Made by a program: the position numbers and the translations under genes
Part shown: piece after piece, positions 1 through 9,309 of the stretch
How the letters are laid out: each line of letters begins with the position of its first letter
How positions within the stretch are numbered: position 1 is the first letter of the stretch
DNA from: a virus
Lineage: Duplodnaviria > Caudoviricetes
DNA: 54,564 bases
Reading direction: 5' to 3' (one strand)
IMG/VR virus record: IMGVR_UViG_3300045999_012682
Location: 1 to 54,564 of that record
The notes under the pieces: generated by a model
Databases searched by the model: none
What the model was told of the DNA's origin: nothing
The model's input: the letters and a program-made list of their open reading frames with translations, nothing else

Positions 1-127
1 TCATTGCTTTGAACTTGTCGCGTGCAGCAGCTTGCTTGTCGGTGCCAGCAGCTTTGCCCTTGGGAGGTACGGCTTTACCTTTAGGAGGAACTGCTTTGCC
101 GCCTGCAGGTTTCTTAGCGTCAGCCAT
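1..127 (-). CDS. small basic Lys/Ala/Pro-rich protein (runs off window edge)
   Basis: Read by hand: MADAKKPAGGKAVPPKGKAVPPKGKAAGTDKQAAARDKFKAM...; TATAAT upstream; not in ORF track. Confidence 0.65.
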   Translation of the reverse strand, partial: MADAKKPAGGKAVPPKGKAVPPKGKAAGTDKQAAARDKFKAM

Positions 128-157
128 AATTGTTAAGTAACTCTTTTGATTATAAAG

Positions 158-358
158 TTACTTACTCTGTTTGTAACGACGTGCAGCGCGTCCGGCTTTC
201 TTTGCACGTTCAGTGTTAGGCACAAATTGTTTACCTTCTCTGCTACCAGCTCTTTTCTTTTGGTCGGTCTCCGCACGTTCTTCTGGAGACAGTGAGGCCC
301 AGGCACTCTCTGGTAAGTAACGCTTGGTATATCCTTTTTGAATTGCTTTGTCTGCCAT
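158..358 (-). CDS. DUF5872-like protein, C-terminal half
   Basis: KRYLPESAWASLSPEERAETDQKKRAGSREGKQFVPNT resembles the C-terminal part of the widespread GQWSARKAQ family. Confidence 0.7.
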   Translation of the reverse strand: MADKAIQKGYTKRYLPESAWASLSPEERAETDQKKRAGSREGKQFVPNTERAKKAGRAARRYKQSK

Positions 359-360
359 AA

Positions 361-594
361 TTAACCCAGTGTTCCGATAGTGGCTTGCATAATAGTAAAT
401 TTAATTTCGTCTGGATATTTACTATTTGTAAGATCAGTCATTTTAAAAGGATACTGAAATTCTAAAGCGGCCTGTTTTAATACAGGATTTGTTGTTTGGC
501 TTGCATACATTTGCATCAAGCGTTGATCAGGAAACACGTCTGGTTCGTATGGTTGCCTATTGTCTTTTGCGTATTTACCGGCAAGTTCCATCAC
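361..594 (-). CDS. hypothetical protein
   Basis: 77-aa ORF tightly packed between neighbours (4-nt overlap with upstream stop). Confidence 0.65.
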   Translation of the reverse strand: MMELAGKYAKDNRQPYEPDVFPDQRLMQMYASQTTNPVLKQAALEFQYPFKMTDLTNSKYPDEIKFTIMQATIGTLG

Positions 595-875
595 TTACTC
601 TCTTTGTATTTCTTGGCTGCAGACTTTGCTTTACTTCTCTTTTCATACTCATCTTTTGTCATCCAACGTTCTTTGCCCCACTTCTCTAATGACTTTTGTT
701 TCTCACCCTTACCCCCTTTATAACCACCGCCTTCTTCTTTGTACTCACGTGCCACAATCTGAGCCTTACGCGCAGACCACTGCCCAGGCTTACCACCTTC
801 AGAGCCAGCCATTACACGATCTTTAATGCGTTCGCGTAACTCTGGCTTTGTGTACTTATTGTCCTCCTGAGCCAT
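591..875 (-). CDS. DUF5872-like protein, N-terminal half
   Basis: KYTKPELRERIK...GGKPGQWSARKAQ...YKEEGGGY...QKSLEKW motif. Confidence 0.75.
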   Translation of the reverse strand: MAQEDNKYTKPELRERIKDRVMAGSEGGKPGQWSARKAQIVAREYKEEGGGYKGGKGEKQKSLEKWGKERWMTKDEYEKRSKAKSAAKKYKESK

Positions 876-997
876 CAGGATTATTCTTACGTTCTTCTAA
901 TATTTTAGCCCACTTACACAGACGCGATAATACCTGCTCCATTTCTTTGGGAGTTGGCTCAGGTATTGGTAGTGTTGTTAAATATTTTTCGAGGCGT

Positions 998-1210
998 TCA
1001 GCCTCGGTAGGGATTCGTCTTGCCTTCATCTTTCTTAGCAAATTGCTGCATTAAATCATCAACTTGCTCCAGGGACTCCAGGCGACACAAGATGTCGGAG
1101 ATAGTAGTAATCGTAATTGGATGCTCTGTACGTGCAGCAAATGCCAATGCATCACGCATGCAATTAGCTGCGCTTTCAATGGACTCTTTAACTTGAGTAG
1201 AAAGAGACAT
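998..1210 (-). CDS. conserved cyanophage-type hypothetical protein
   Basis: Likely start MSLSTQVKES at 1210; LAFAARTEHP helical protein. Confidence 0.6.
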   Translation of the reverse strand: MSLSTQVKESIESAANCMRDALAFAARTEHPITITTISDILCRLESLEQVDDLMQQFAKKDEGKTNPYRG

Positions 1211-1307
1211 TTCGGAACTACGTGGTCCTCTTACTATAGTAAACATAACGGTTTTTTGACCTATTTATATTGTCATGCATTATATAGGTTTTGAAAAGTA
1301 CGGATAT

Positions 1308-1889
1308 CTAGATCCAAATCCATCCAATCTGATAGGAATCAAACCATGGTTCAATACCAATAGATTCCATAAGTTCGTGAACCAAACGTCCTTTGCCGTG
1401 GCGACGGCCATCAGGGGCTTTAATATTGTCATCAATCACAATTAAAGTGCCGGGAGATAGCAAAGAGTGTGCCGCAAATATCTCCTTGAGGTGATGAGCA
1501 GCTGGTGCCCAATCATTATTCCAATCCGTGATGTTATATGAATCTAAATAAAGAAGATCACATGCACCTGTAAAAGTGTCAAGGGCTTCTACGGAATCCG
1601 ATTCGATAATTTCAGCATGCTTGGTTGCTTGTTTTGCTAGTGCACAGGCACCTGGATCAATGTCAATTGAAATAAGTTTTCCTTCACCACGAATATCAAT
1701 GTAGTTATCAAACAAAAGTGTCGAACAACCATCACCTGTATAATTGTCTCTTTCTCGATATGTCCCAGTCTCAATAATCACTGGCTTTTGGCACTCATCT
1801 AAATACTTAAAGATTTTTTGAAAGGTGTGTTGGCGAGCGCCTAACTTGTTTTTAATAGGTTGAAAATAATCTTGCCAAGTACGTGTCAT
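1308..1889 (-). CDS. class I SAM-dependent methyltransferase (Methyltransf_24-like)
   Basis: IIETGT motif I, ISIDID, DSVEAL, DLLYLDS, LSPGTLIVIDD. Confidence 0.8.
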   Translation of the reverse strand: MTRTWQDYFQPIKNKLGARQHTFQKIFKYLDECQKPVIIETGTYRERDNYTGDGCSTLLFDNYIDIRGEGKLISIDIDPGACALAKQATKHAEIIESDSVEALDTFTGACDLLYLDSYNITDWNNDWAPAAHHLKEIFAAHSLLSPGTLIVIDDNIKAPDGRRHGKGRLVHELMESIGIEPWFDSYQIGWIWI

Positions 1890-1891
1890 TG

Positions 1892-2053
1892 CTATAAGTC
1901 GATTCGAGTGTAAGAAATCTCTTTGGATTGTAGCTCTATTTCATAAAGATCTGCTTCAATAGTTTCAATGTCTTCAAAAGCTAAATAATTAAGGCAGCCA
2001 GTACGACAATCTTCGTCAAAGTCAAAATAGAATCTCGTTAAGTTTGATCCCAT
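1892..2053 (-). CDS. small acidic hypothetical protein (53 aa)
   Basis: Read by hand: MGSNLTRFYFDFDEDCRTGCLNYLAFEDIETIEADLYEIELQSKEISYTRIDL; fills the gap exactly. Confidence 0.55.
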   Translation of the reverse strand: MGSNLTRFYFDFDEDCRTGCLNYLAFEDIETIEADLYEIELQSKEISYTRIDL

Positions 2054-2264
2054 GAGCTGTGCACCAAAAAAAGAAAAGGGCTACTGCCAACATGGCAAGG
2101 CGACCGTTAACACGTTCCGCATAACACAAAAAATCATCTGGATGAGTTGGTGTATTCCATAACTTAAGATCAGGGCACCGTTCCAAAATTGCTTTGTAGG
2201 TTTCCGTAAAAACCCAACCAAAACAACTAATGTACCCTTGAATCGTTAGTACAAATTTATTCAC
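2022..2264 (-). CDS. hli: high-light-inducible (Hli/CAB-like) protein
   Basis: AERVNGRLAMLAVALFF matches the HLIP chlorophyll-binding motif ExxNGRxAM followed by a TM helix. Confidence 0.8.
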   Translation of the reverse strand: MNKFVLTIQGYISCFGWVFTETYKAILERCPDLKLWNTPTHPDDFLCYAERVNGRLAMLAVALFFFWCTAHGIKLNEILF

Positions 2265-2407
2265 TTGGAAACGTAAAGAAATAAGTACAGGTCTAAAGAA
2301 ACCACTACTAGCATAGCCCCAAGGATTGAAAGGATCGCGTATTTAAAATCGTCCATCACACTTTGTTGACACATGCGGTAAACTAGCACCAATACACAAA
2401 ACCTGCA

Positions 2408-3262
2408 ATGGTTGCTAAACTGAATACATCAGATCCTTGGATCAAGGCCAAGGATGAGCAACCAGAAGTTATGCGGTCAATTAATCGGACCGCAGCCAGA
2501 ATTACGCTTAACGGAAAACGTCACTATACAACTCCGTTACCCACTGGGCCTGCACCGTCCGTAACTACTATCATTAGCGAGACAGCTTCCGAAGCAAATA
2601 AACGGAAGCTTGAAATGTGGTCTAAAGCAAACCCCGGTGTTAAAGAAGCTGCTGCTGAAAGAGGTACCGCCATCCACTATGGCATGGAATGCTACCTCAA
2701 GGGTAACAAGAATCCAGACATACCAGAAGATTATGCAAATTTTTGGGCGGGCATGCCACCAATTTTGGATCAATTTCAAGAGGTGCTTTGGGCCGAATCT
2801 CCTGTGCTGGATAAATTTAATTTTACTATCGGCGCTGATGACGTTGCTCGCGTCTGGGGTTGCGATTCCGAAGGTCGTGCTTGGGCTGGCGCTCCTGATA
2901 TTATTGCTGTTGCCAACAACAAACTAACGCTTGCAGATTTAAAAACAAGCGTCAAACCATACAGTAGAAAATGGCCAAAAGATCTAGAAAAAGGCTCCCA
3001 GGAGTGGAGAGATCTTCTTGGCGGTCATCTAAAGTTTAAAAAAACGTGCAAGCAACTCGCTGCTTATGACATTGCTATTGAGCAGACCCTGGGCATGACC
3101 GTACAACAAGCGGCAATCCTGGTATCTACGCCAGTGCGTACTCAAATTTTTAAAATTTCTAGAAAATTTCTTGACTCTTTAAGGGAAGACTGGTACCAAC
3201 TGGTCGCTGAGTACTACACTCAAATCGAAAACTGTGGAGTCTATGATCCCGATCTGATTTAG
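2408..3262 (+). CDS. PD-(D/E)XK / Cas4-like exonuclease
   Basis: PSVTTII, AAAERGTAIH, AGAPDII, LADLKTS, QLAAY motifs. Confidence 0.85.
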   Translation: MVAKLNTSDPWIKAKDEQPEVMRSINRTAARITLNGKRHYTTPLPTGPAPSVTTIISETASEANKRKLEMWSKANPGVKEAAAERGTAIHYGMECYLKGNKNPDIPEDYANFWAGMPPILDQFQEVLWAESPVLDKFNFTIGADDVARVWGCDSEGRAWAGAPDIIAVANNKLTLADLKTSVKPYSRKWPKDLEKGSQEWRDLLGGHLKFKKTCKQLAAYDIAIEQTLGMTVQQAAILVSTPVRTQIFKISRKFLDSLREDWYQLVAEYYTQIENCGVYDPDLI

Positions 3263-3278
3263 ATGCTTTGGTAAACTA

Positions 3279-3461
3279 GTGAGCTACGACCCCCAAAGCC
3301 CAATGGAATGTCGCAAGCGTCTTGCATGGACTATCGCATGTGAGCAAGCTGTTGTAACAAAAGAAGATGCTGTTGCAATTTATAACAGAGTTATGAATGA
3401 ATTTAATTCGATAGATAAGAGAAATAAATATAAACAAAATGAGTCTAATAAGTCTCAGTGA
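3279..3461 (+). CDS. hypothetical protein
   Basis: 60-aa ORF in operon context. Confidence 0.55.
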   Translation: MSYDPQSPMECRKRLAWTIACEQAVVTKEDAVAIYNRVMNEFNSIDKRNKYKQNESNKSQ

Positions 3462-3530
3462 TTTAATAAAATCTTGTGAGTTCTCCTGGATTGGTCACCG
3501 TAGGATGAAGAGACACTCAAAGCACCCTCC

Positions 3531-3722
3531 ATGGACATCCACGTTTCTGTGGGTGAGTGGATGCAGACTCTCCAAAGCCTCATGTCAAGTGCGGCTGATG
3601 GGGATTGTTTTTGCCTGCCCACCAACATGCATCTTCACGCTTTTCTAATCTTAAAGGAGGACCTTTTCCCCCAACGAGACTTTAAAGTAGCTGTAAACCA
3701 GGTAGGGATTTATGACCAGTAA
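3531..3722 (+). CDS. hypothetical protein
   Basis: 63-aa ORF overlapping the primase start. Confidence 0.55.
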   Translation: MDIHVSVGEWMQTLQSLMSSAADGDCFCLPTNMHLHAFLILKEDLFPQRDFKVAVNQVGIYDQ

Positions 3723-6345
3723 AAACCAGCAAATTGTTAAGCCTGGCGAAATCAGACTCGATTACATCCCTATTGATTGGCCTCTGACTCCACTGGGTAG
3801 CAATAAAGATCCGTATACGGCTGGCTGGCAAAACAAACCTTTTACCGTCACCGACATTGAAGAAGAAATCATCACAGGTAAATGCAAAGCTGTTGGATTG
3901 TTGTCTGGGCCTGTCTTTAATCATCCCTTCGGTTTTGTTTGGGTTGACATTGATGGGCCAACCGTCTACAACTTGGTATCCGAACTCTCTGACACCGCCG
4001 AATTTAATGCTGCACTCCCTCCAACGCTAACGATCTGCAGCGGAAAACCTGGGCGTGAGCGCAAATTATACAAGATTGCACGAGAAAAACAAAAACATTT
4101 TGTTCGTAACAAGTACGTCTGGCAAGCGGAAGGCAACCTAGAAAAACTTGAAATCTTGTGGTGTAAGCACCAAGGCGTGTTGATGGGTCTCCATCCTGAA
4201 ACCGCTGGTTACTACACCGCAGAAGGCATGGGATTCGAGTGGATTCCTGACATCCCGGAATTCCCGGACTGGCTCCTCACACTCATCATCAATAAAAACG
4301 TCAAGCAAGGTTCGCCCGCCAAGGAAGTCAGCCGTCGTGTTGGCCCAGGTTTTGCCATCAATACCGTCATCGATCTTGAGCGGGACATGAAGCTTGCAGT
4401 CGATGGTATGTGGGGCATGGGTCCCAATGCCGCCGATGATTACGACACCTGGATCACTGTTGGTCAGGTGCTGCACCAACTGGATGACTCACTCCTCGAT
4501 CAATGGGATCAATGGTCCCGGCAATCGGATAAATACAAAGAAGGTGAGTGCCACAAGCGTTGGCTCTCCTTCAGTAAAGGTGGCGGTCGTGGTCTTGGTA
4601 CCCTTCTGCATATCGCCCAAGAGCATGGCTGGAAACCACCTCTTGAACAACAAGAATACAAAGCTCTGAATGTCCCCGACGAAACCCTTGATCACGTGTC
4701 CAAACTCTTAGAAGAATTAGAAAGTGAATTAGGAATTAAACCTGAAGAAACACCGGCACCTAAAAGGGTTGAGTGGCAGGCAACCGAAATCAAAGCTCAG
4801 CTTGGTAAGAAAAAGAAACAAGAGAAGCAAGGCAATCCGTCCTATGACGTAATCACTGATGTGATGCTGCAGCTTTATAAAGATAATCTGCACTTCAGCC
4901 AGGCACACAACACCTTCTTTATCTACGAATACCAAAGCAAAGGTCTGTGGTCTCAGCTTTCGGATAACGAGATTAAAGGCGACTTAAAAGACAAGCTGGA
5001 AAAAGTGAAAGAAAACTTGTTGCCCAATGGCTACAGCATGAAAATGATCAATGATGTGCTAGAGCAGCTCAAGATCAGCACCATCTTTGATGACTGGTAC
5101 GAAGGTAATGACCTCCTCTTGTTTACCAATGGTGTACTCCATGTCAGCACTCGGGAGTTGACTGGATTCAAGAAAGAACTTTATATCACGCAACAACTGC
5201 CGTACGACTACAACCCGGCGGCAGGATGTGAACCAATCATTAAGTGGTTGAAGTCCACGCAAGATCAACACTGGGGTCGAACCCAAGTACTACGGGCTTG
5301 GTTGCGTGCCGTACTCCTTGGGCACTCGGAAATCCAGAAGTTTGTTGAGATTGTCGGCCCAGGTAAATCCGGTAAGTCCACCTACTCCAATCTGGCTCAC
5401 GCATTGGTGGGTGATGACAACGCCATGATTTCCTCGCTAGAGCACCTAGAAAAAAATCGTTTTGAAACCGCGAACCTTTATAAGAAGAAACTCTTGCTCT
5501 TCAATGATGTAGAACGTTATGGCGGATCCGTATCGGTACTAAAAGCAATCACCGGTCGTGACCTAATTCGTAACGAACGTAAATTCCAGGCTGGTAGCCA
5601 GAAGCCATTCAAGTTCAATGGACTGGTCATGATCACCGCCAACGAACCAATCCAAACCACGGATCCAACCTCTGGTTTGGCACGTCGTCGCTTAACCATT
5701 CCTTTCGACCGCCCATTTACTGGTTCATCTGCTGAGCAAAAGACGCTCATTGATATGGATGACAAGGGCAAGCCCTTTGGTGAATTTGCTTTCATGCTCC
5801 CAGGTCTCGTGAACTGGGTGCTGGATATGTCGGAAGATGAGATGCGTGAATACCTGATGGAGACCAACAAGAAAGTTGAGTTCTTTGCACGTCACCACCA
5901 GGAGCAAATCCTTAAGTCCAATCAAATTATGGATTGGATGAGTCATTGTGTTGTCTTTGATCCAGGTGTATCTAGTGCTATTGGTTTGGCAAAGACCAGT
6001 GCAGGCACTACCTACATCTATTCCCATTGGGATGAATGGTTATACGCCAGCTACTGTGAGTTTTCTCGCGGTAGTAACAGCAATATTCTTGGTCGTAGTC
6101 GTTTTGAATCACTGGTTATGGACGTATGTGTACACCAGCTTGGACTTAATGTCTACAAAATGAAGCAGGCGCGTGGCATTCGTGTAAACAATATTGCTGT
6201 CCGTGATTCCAACAAAACTAAATACAGTGATTACCCATCGATTGTTGAAGTCGGTATGGATAAAGAAAAATGGAAAGAGTTCTATGGCGATACATTGTTT
6301 AAGAAAACTGATGCAAGAATAGAAGAACTTGAATTGATCAGTTGA
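3712..6345 (+). CDS. primase-helicase (Prim-Pol + PriCT-2 + D5/P4-type SF3 helicase)
   Basis: N-terminal WPLTPL/VWVDIDG, DYDTWITVG...WDQWSRQSDKY (PriCT-2), Walker A GPGKSGKST, MITANE, RRRLTIPF. Confidence 0.92.
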   Translation: MTSKNQQIVKPGEIRLDYIPIDWPLTPLGSNKDPYTAGWQNKPFTVTDIEEEIITGKCKAVGLLSGPVFNHPFGFVWVDIDGPTVYNLVSELSDTAEFNAALPPTLTICSGKPGRERKLYKIAREKQKHFVRNKYVWQAEGNLEKLEILWCKHQGVLMGLHPETAGYYTAEGMGFEWIPDIPEFPDWLLTLIINKNVKQGSPAKEVSRRVGPGFAINTVIDLERDMKLAVDGMWGMGPNAADDYDTWITVGQVLHQLDDSLLDQWDQWSRQSDKYKEGECHKRWLSFSKGGGRGLGTLLHIAQEHGWKPPLEQQEYKALNVPDETLDHVSKLLEELESELGIKPEETPAPKRVEWQATEIKAQLGKKKKQEKQGNPSYDVITDVMLQLYKDNLHFSQAHNTFFIYEYQSKGLWSQLSDNEIKGDLKDKLEKVKENLLPNGYSMKMINDVLEQLKISTIFDDWYEGNDLLLFTNGVLHVSTRELTGFKKELYITQQLPYDYNPAAGCEPIIKWLKSTQDQHWGRTQVLRAWLRAVLLGHSEIQKFVEIVGPGKSGKSTYSNLAHALVGDDNAMISSLEHLEKNRFETANLYKKKLLLFNDVERYGGSVSVLKAITGRDLIRNERKFQAGSQKPFKFNGLVMITANEPIQTTDPTSGLARRRLTIPFDRPFTGSSAEQKTLIDMDDKGKPFGEFAFMLPGLVNWVLDMSEDEMREYLMETNKKVEFFARHHQEQILKSNQIMDWMSHCVVFDPGVSSAIGLAKTSAGTTYIYSHWDEWLYASYCEFSRGSNSNILGRSRFESLVMDVCVHQLGLNVYKMKQARGIRVNNIAVRDSNKTKYSDYPSIVEVGMDKEKWKEFYGDTLFKKTDARIEELELIS

Positions 6346-6701
6346 GTAACGGTCGCCACCTCATCCTTGATCTCTACGACTGCGACAAGCAGTTACTAGA
6401 TGACTACAACGCTCTCCAAGAGCTGATGCAGGTGGCACTGCAGATGTCTAATGCACGCATCCTGCGGATCATCGGTGAAAAGTTTGAACCGCAAGGTGTA
6501 ACACTGTTGGCATTGCTGGCAGAATCGCACTGCTCGATCCATACCTGGCCTGAGATTGGCTACGCAGCAGTTGATCTTTATACCTGTGGTGATACAACTA
6601 ATTCACATAAAGCAGCGGAATTTTTAAAATACAAACTCAAAGCACAAACAGCAGAAGAAAAAGAACTAATACGTTCAACAACTCCGACAGAATCTGTATA
6701 G
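6342..6701 (+). CDS. speD: S-adenosylmethionine decarboxylase proenzyme (SpeD family)
   Basis: GRHLILDLY, FEPQGVT, LAESHCSIHTWPE (ES self-cleavage site), VDLYTCG. Confidence 0.9.
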   Translation: MSNGRHLILDLYDCDKQLLDDYNALQELMQVALQMSNARILRIIGEKFEPQGVTLLALLAESHCSIHTWPEIGYAAVDLYTCGDTTNSHKAAEFLKYKLKAQTAEEKELIRSTTPTESV

Positions 6702-6723
6702 TATTGTCAGTCAATTAATTGAG

Positions 6724-7977
6724 ATGACTGACAACAAACCTAAGCTTTTGTGGATTGGTGATATTGTAGCCACCACTGGTTTTGCTCGTGTAACTGAAAA
6801 TGTACTGAGCAGGTTAAAAGATAAATATGAAATCCATGTGCTGGGTTGTAATTGGCATGGTGATTACACCCCGCTCCAGGAGGAATACTTCATGTATCCA
6901 GCCTCCAATCGATTCCAGCAGGCACCCTTTGGAGAAGATCGCATTCGCGAAATCGTTGAACGTATCCATCCCGATGTGATCTTTACAATCAATGACAGTT
7001 GGATCATCAATGAGCAGTGGCGACGTATCGCTGATCTTCGTGATCAACTCAAGTTCAAATTCGTGGGCTATTACCCCATGGATTCTTATGAATGGTATGG
7101 AGCATTGCTTGACACACTCAACAATTGGGATGCAGCCATCTGTTATACAGAATTTGGTGCACATGAAACAATCAAAGCGGGTGCCAAGGTCCCTATCACC
7201 GTCATTCCTCATGGCATGACACCAAATCAGTTCTATCCCATTGATAAAAACGAAGCACGCAAACAACTTGGCCTAAGCCCAGATGACTTTATTGTCTTCA
7301 ATGGCAACCGCAATCAGTTCCGCAAACGAATTGATATCACTATCAGTGCGTTTGCAAAATTTGCTGTTGATCGTCCTGATGCCAAGCTTTATCTCCACAT
7401 GGGAATGAAAGACCAGGGCTGGGATGTGATGTCGTTATTTGGACGGGAAATGATGCGCCAGGGTCTTGATCCAAATAATCGCATCATTATGACCACTCCT
7501 CATGAACAGCCGCCCTCGGTGTCGGTAGAGATGCTTAACACCATCTACAACGTCGCTGACGTAGGCGTCAACACTTGTAAAGGAGAAGGCTGGGGTCTTG
7601 TCAACTTTGAGCATGCAGCCTGTCGTGTGGCCCAGGTGGTACCCGATCACACCTCTTGCAAAGAAATTTTTGAAGGTACTGGTGAGCTGATCCGCTCCCT
7701 CCACGCCGATGTTGACACCAACTTCGGTCGCATCATGCCTTGCCCTGACGACAACCACCTTGCTGCCATCCTTGGCGACCTCTACGACAACCGTGACAAG
7801 CTCGATCAGGTGGCCCAGGCCTGCTACGACCGTGTAACCGATACCTGTTTCGATTGGGAGACAGTAGCAGGTCAGTTTGATGACACTTTCCAGGAGGTGC
7901 TGTCCAGGGAGGAGGAAGAGGTGCCGCGTATCGTGAAACCTAAAGCAAAAGCAAAGAAAAAAAGGATTGATCGATAG
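6724..7977 (+). CDS. GT4-type glycosyltransferase
   Basis: TGFARV, VIPHG, NRNQFRKRID, YNVADV, GEGWGLVNFEHAAC. Confidence 0.88.
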   Translation: MTDNKPKLLWIGDIVATTGFARVTENVLSRLKDKYEIHVLGCNWHGDYTPLQEEYFMYPASNRFQQAPFGEDRIREIVERIHPDVIFTINDSWIINEQWRRIADLRDQLKFKFVGYYPMDSYEWYGALLDTLNNWDAAICYTEFGAHETIKAGAKVPITVIPHGMTPNQFYPIDKNEARKQLGLSPDDFIVFNGNRNQFRKRIDITISAFAKFAVDRPDAKLYLHMGMKDQGWDVMSLFGREMMRQGLDPNNRIIMTTPHEQPPSVSVEMLNTIYNVADVGVNTCKGEGWGLVNFEHAACRVAQVVPDHTSCKEIFEGTGELIRSLHADVDTNFGRIMPCPDDNHLAAILGDLYDNRDKLDQVAQACYDRVTDTCFDWETVAGQFDDTFQEVLSREEEEVPRIVKPKAKAKKKRIDR

Positions 7978-7993
7978 ACAATTAAAAAATTGG

Positions 7994-8021
7994 ACCCCTG
8001 CTTCGGCGGGGGTTTTTGTTT
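7994..8021 (+). terminator. rho-independent terminator
   Basis: ACCCCTGC-TTCG-GCGGGGGT followed by TTTTGTTT just after the glycosyltransferase. Confidence 0.85.
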
Positions 8022-8250
8022 GTGGTGATACCAAGGGGCAGTGGTATTTGCAGAGATTGTGAGAATGAGATGCAGAAAAACAGAGAATAAGTGCCGTTCA
8101 TACCCTAGAGCTAGCAGATGACATTGTTGAAAAGGGTGTAATGTTGAAAAGTTGAGCAAGGAAAGTAAAGAGAAATAAAACACGTACACTGTGTGGCAAC
8201 GGCGTCATCCGCTAGAGATATAAGAAAAAACATACCTATTCTCTGTTTTT

Positions 8251-8625
8251 ATGCCACATTCTCTGTTTCTCTGCTACTCTGGCCTTCATTCGCACTTCCC
8301 CATGGGCTCACGTCACACCCCTCTACCTCCCCTCTGGAGGCTCGAAGAACTACTTGCGTTATCGGACCAGTACCCAAGCGCCCTGGCGCACAGAACCGAC
8401 CGTGGTAGGCGCAAGCAGGGGGATCAGGCGGGCCGTTTAAACCGCAGCAACTCTTTCTATCTGGTGAGCGTGGACAACCAGCGATACCTGGCACATCGCA
8501 TTGTGTATCTCATGCGACACAAAAAACCAATTGAGGGGTACGACATCGTCCATGCAGACGACAACAAAACAAAAGACAATCGCCTGGAGCTAATTGCTGT
8601 CCCCGTTAGCAACCGTTTTTCCTGA
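8251..8625 (+). CDS. HNH_3-like endonuclease, probably degenerate
   Basis: RYLAHRIVYLM...DIVHADDNKTKDNRLEL resembles HNH_3 but spacing is atypical; start may be 8302. Confidence 0.55.
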   Translation: MPHSLFLCYSGLHSHFPMGSRHTPLPPLWRLEELLALSDQYPSALAHRTDRGRRKQGDQAGRLNRSNSFYLVSVDNQRYLAHRIVYLMRHKKPIEGYDIVHADDNKTKDNRLELIAVPVSNRFS

Positions 8626-8626
8626 G

Positions 8627-9289
8627 ATGGCAAATTTCTACCGCAACATCAAACAATCCTTAGAGGACACTGGTTTCCGGTACGTTCCCAATATCGAGAC
8701 GCTTAGTGACGCAGTTCTTAAAACGCATGGCTATTACAAAGGTTTTGTTTGTCCACACAACCATTACATCCGTGACTCAAAGACGCACTGGTGTTACTTT
8801 TGCGTCAAAAAAATCCTTTCTAACGTCTGTGGATTCGATGTCAACTATCTGAATTTGGAATACAAAATTAAATATGAAAAGCTTTGGTCCAAAGTTGAGA
8901 TTAAAGATACGGATGATTGTTGGCCCTTGAGGAATGGGACTCGATACAGTCCCAAGCGGGTTTGCTTTCCTTCTTACCGCTCGTCTTATAGCCATCAAAA
9001 AGCTGAAAATGTGACTCCTCATAAGGCGATCTACCAATGCGCTTGGGGGGACATCGGTTCCATGGTTGTCACCAGACTTTGCGGCAACCCCTTGTGTTGC
9101 AATCCATTACATCTAATCTCAAGCTGGAATCGTCTCTTTCCACCCAATACTATTTCTCCTTTTGAAACACGGTTTGTAGCAGAAAAATTAATGGTGTATG
9201 GATCGAATAAAGACAACACAATCATTACTGAACGTAATTTCAAACAGACTATTAATCACCCTTTAGAGCATAAAGAAACGACGGAGTAA
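8627..9289 (+). CDS. His-Me finger / Zn-binding HNH-like protein
   Basis: DDCWP, HKAIYQCAWG...TRLCGNPLCCNPLHL; N-terminal CPHNH...CYFC; ATG at 8627. Confidence 0.65.
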   Translation: MANFYRNIKQSLEDTGFRYVPNIETLSDAVLKTHGYYKGFVCPHNHYIRDSKTHWCYFCVKKILSNVCGFDVNYLNLEYKIKYEKLWSKVEIKDTDDCWPLRNGTRYSPKRVCFPSYRSSYSHQKAENVTPHKAIYQCAWGDIGSMVVTRLCGNPLCCNPLHLISSWNRLFPPNTISPFETRFVAEKLMVYGSNKDNTIITERNFKQTINHPLEHKETTE

Positions 9290-9309
9290 AATATTAAATA
9301 AAAATCAAA

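Noticed and set aside
856-1041. 61-aa ORF as a confident gene
   Set aside because: Overlaps both neighbours and the start is unclear; a shorter gene may exist but cannot be supported
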